From Ascidiella aspersa (Eukaryota), in the NCBI GenBank assembly GCA_963924565.1, contig OZ004610.1:5828001-5892000 (forward strand): 64,000 nucleotides of DNA. The letters run 5' to 3'. Positions 61,170 through 64,000 of this stretch are shown one piece after another; positions within the stretch are counted from its first letter, which is position 1; each line of letters begins with the position of its first letter. A program made the position numbers and the translations under genes. The notes under the pieces are model-generated. The model was not told the DNA's origin. It searched no databases and was given only the letters and a program-made list of their open reading frames with translations.

Positions 61170-62760
61170 TCATATTTTTCTGTTGGAGCCGTTTACTGGG
61201 CGTTCATCGATGCGGAACAACCGTTTCAAGAAATAAACCTGAAAAAAACAGAAAATTTTAATAAGACCTGAAAAAATTTCTGGTACTACACCACAGCAGC
61301 CAGTGCCGTAATGACTTAAGTCAATGACTTGACTTGATTTAAGTGCACTTGGGCTTGGACTTTACTTATTTATTCGAAAAGACTTGACTTGAACTCAAGT
61401 TGTTTTATTGATGACTAGACTGAGACTCAAGTCATTTTAAAATCACTTGCTTACAACACTGGCAGCAACCAACAATGAAATTGTCTAAATCCGCAGCAGC
61501 CAAATAAGCCAGTATAAGTTTGAAAAGCTTCATAACAGGAAATCGCTAAACTTAAAAAAAATGCTCGAAGGGCTTACAGTAGGAAGAGCCTTTTGTTGCG
61601 GTAAAAAAGAAAATGTTTAGTAATTTTAATAACAAAGTATACTGTTTCGGGAGTAATTTAAAGAGTTTGTCTTCCAATTTCCCTTTCGCTTGTTACCAAC
61701 TAAATATATTGTGTTAATTTCGTTGACAACTCACTTTTGAAAGTCGAATTCCGGAAAATCAAGAAAAACTATGAATTACCATAATACAATTTTTTGTATC
61801 GCTTTTAAGACAATTAATTGCCTTTTTCATAATTGTTTTTTTCATCTATCCGTGTTACTTGAAAATTGTCCGCTTTGGGTTAAATTGCGATTCCAGATTT
61901 TTTTAGATTGATTTTATACTTGTAGCACGAACAACCTAATTACGATTTTAACTAATCTAACTGTGGTTCATCCTAAATCAGCTCAAAATATTTGAATCAA
62001 ATTATAGTAATTTTACCGGTTCAATAACCGCTGAGAAACAAACCTGTCCAAATGTAACGGTGCAAACGAGAATCATCATTGCAATGGAAAATTCAGCGAC
62101 CAACGCGTTGTTGTCGTCCATGAGTTGTTTGTCGCGACCGGATATGGCATTTTGCTTTGCGACCCCAAGCTTCACCTTAGTTAAGTCGTGGAACACTTGG
62201 AACAGCTTGTCCTAAATAGAATGATTGAAAGACGTCGCTGTTTTCAAATGACTTGACTTTACTTTAGTCTTTCGGACAAGTGGGGTAAGTGTAGATGTTT
62301 TTTTAAATAATCGGTTATTTCTTAACGGCAAAAATATCAAAAGCGTTTTATTAAATACCCTACGCCCTGCGCCGTCCTGTATTTAACGTCAATAACGTAT
62401 AGAGACGACATTACTGCAGTACAGCGTCTGATTAACAAAGCATTTACCTTAGTCGGTTCTCAAATACCGGTTTGCTAAGCGCACACAACTGAAAAGTTGC
62501 CTACGCTATCGTCTTTATTTTGACACTTTTATTCAAGCAGTTCACACAAAATACTGTATGCATATTGCTGTATGCATATTGCTGTATGCTTATTGCATAT
62601 AGGCCTGTACTTACATACAAATGGTACACTGTGTCGTTGTCATCTTGTTTATCTATGTGAAAATCGGCCACTTCTCCGTGATGCACAACCACAATTAGTA
62701 CGTTAACTCGTTTAGAAGACAGGCGGTCGACGGTGTTTTCGAGACAGTATTCATACACAC
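61170..62760 (-). CDS. p24/TMED paralogue B, last three exons; 5' exons not found in the window
   Basis: Exons 62760-62615, 62211-62044, 61238-61170 have the same phases as paralogue A. GVYEYCLENTVDRLSSKRV, RDKQLMDDNN, FGQVYFLKRLFRIDERPVNGSNRKI*. Confidence 0.88.
61301..61461. mobile_element. Short hAT-like MITE rich in GACTT/AAGTC repeats
   Basis: cagtgccgtaa..ttacaacactg. Similar gacttaagtc-rich tracts at about 2185-2325 and 53604-53725. Confidence 0.55.
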
Positions 62761-64000
62761 CTGAAATCACAACGCGAACATAGATGCATTTAAAACTCCA
62801 GGATGACTTCCAAAAAAAATTTTTTTTGACCTCTAAAACTTTTTTTGGCTTCGCATGAACCAAAATAGGTTTTTAAATTTTTCATAAATTTACGTCACAA
62901 TACAATCTGTATACCTTCAGAAATATGCTGATGATTAAGTAAAATGGAGCCTAAATACGTTTAATGATAAAACGTTTTATTTTTTAATAAAATATTTTCC
63001 ATTAAAAATTGATTACTTCTAAAATATACACTCATATTTTTAAATATACACTCATATATTCTTCATGGATCCTAAAATTCGTTCACGGACCCCAAGGGGT
63101 CCTTGGACTCCAGTTTAAGAACCTCTGGGTTAGAGCGTTGCCTAACGTATTGCGCAAATCTATACACAACCCTTTGCAGCGCAAATAAGAAGCACGTGTA
63201 AACTATCCACAAGGATTATCTTGTAAATAGGCCTAAACACGTACACAATCAGACTTGGACATCGAGATTTTTTTTACCTTGTTTAAATTAGATTAGAATT
63301 AAAATTAAAGCATTTCAGACTTATCGAATTAGATTAGAAGTAGAGTTACTAAACCCGGAAGACCAGAATTTAAACCAGTATTGAGCTAGAAATATATATA
63401 AGTATGATTTTCATCAGTATAGCTTCAATCGAAATTTATTTTCATAAAAATTAAATGGTTAATATTTGTGCTATATTTTTATACGTTTTAGCTTAGCCTA
63501 CGCTTAAATTTTTCCAAGTCTATAAAGTCAGCCCCACATCACCACTGCTAAAATAAATTACTTCATTAAAATTAAAATTCGGGTCAAGTCATTTATATTT
63601 AAAACTGGTGTCGTGTCATGTTCTCTTTGATGCTCTAGTAGGCCATATGCTTAATTTAGGATTGAGTTACGTAAGGATGTAATTTAATTAAATTTTAGCA
63701 TTATTTTGCAATGTATTCAAGTAGGTTTAAATTTAAAAGGAAAAATCAACAGTTTATAGACTAAATTTCCCGACTGTATGACATCTATCAAAAACGCACA
63801 GTGGGTCGCGACTCATTGGTGGATCGTGAAGCGTTTCTAAGTGTTACAGTTTTCTATTAGGCCGGGAAAATATTGCTTTGTCATTACGTAACCTTTATGC
63901 AGCAATATCACAATTACGCAGCAATTAGGTGCGTTGTGACACATTACCTATTTCAGTACGTACGCCAGTAGCATAGATTCAGGTTTAATGTAATATTCGT

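Overview
AT-rich, intron-rich animal DNA, not prokaryotic. Gene content, compact introns and frequent GTTTGT donors suggest an ascidian-like invertebrate chordate, but that is inference. By manual splicing I find seven protein-coding genes: (1) a 5'-partial CUB-CCP-CCP-trypsin protease resembling MASP/C1r (+, 44-9042); (2) a sigma-class glutathione S-transferase (-, 10985-12794); (3) an intronless glycogen debranching enzyme, AGL (+, 18304-22836); (4) TMBIM4/GAAP (+, 23685-28697); (5) the metal-responsive transcription factor MTF1 (-, 35108-47436); (6-7) two tandem p24/TMED paralogues (-, 50591-56313 and 61170-62760). Introns and intergenic DNA carry many MITEs and hAT, Harbinger and piggyBac derivatives, several with intact target-site duplications (TSDs). 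The most notable observations are: a 190-bp insertion with a 12-bp TSD, a perfect 79-bp inverted repeat and a U3:A8 variant minimal hammerhead motif (Penelope-like); a MASP-like protease with His at the zymogen P1 site and no EGF module before the CUB; three GC-AG introns, two of them consecutive in the GST; and the intronless AGL, possibly in an operon with TMBIM4. No rRNA, tRNA or CRISPR was recognised. All exon structures were read by eye and need transcript confirmation.
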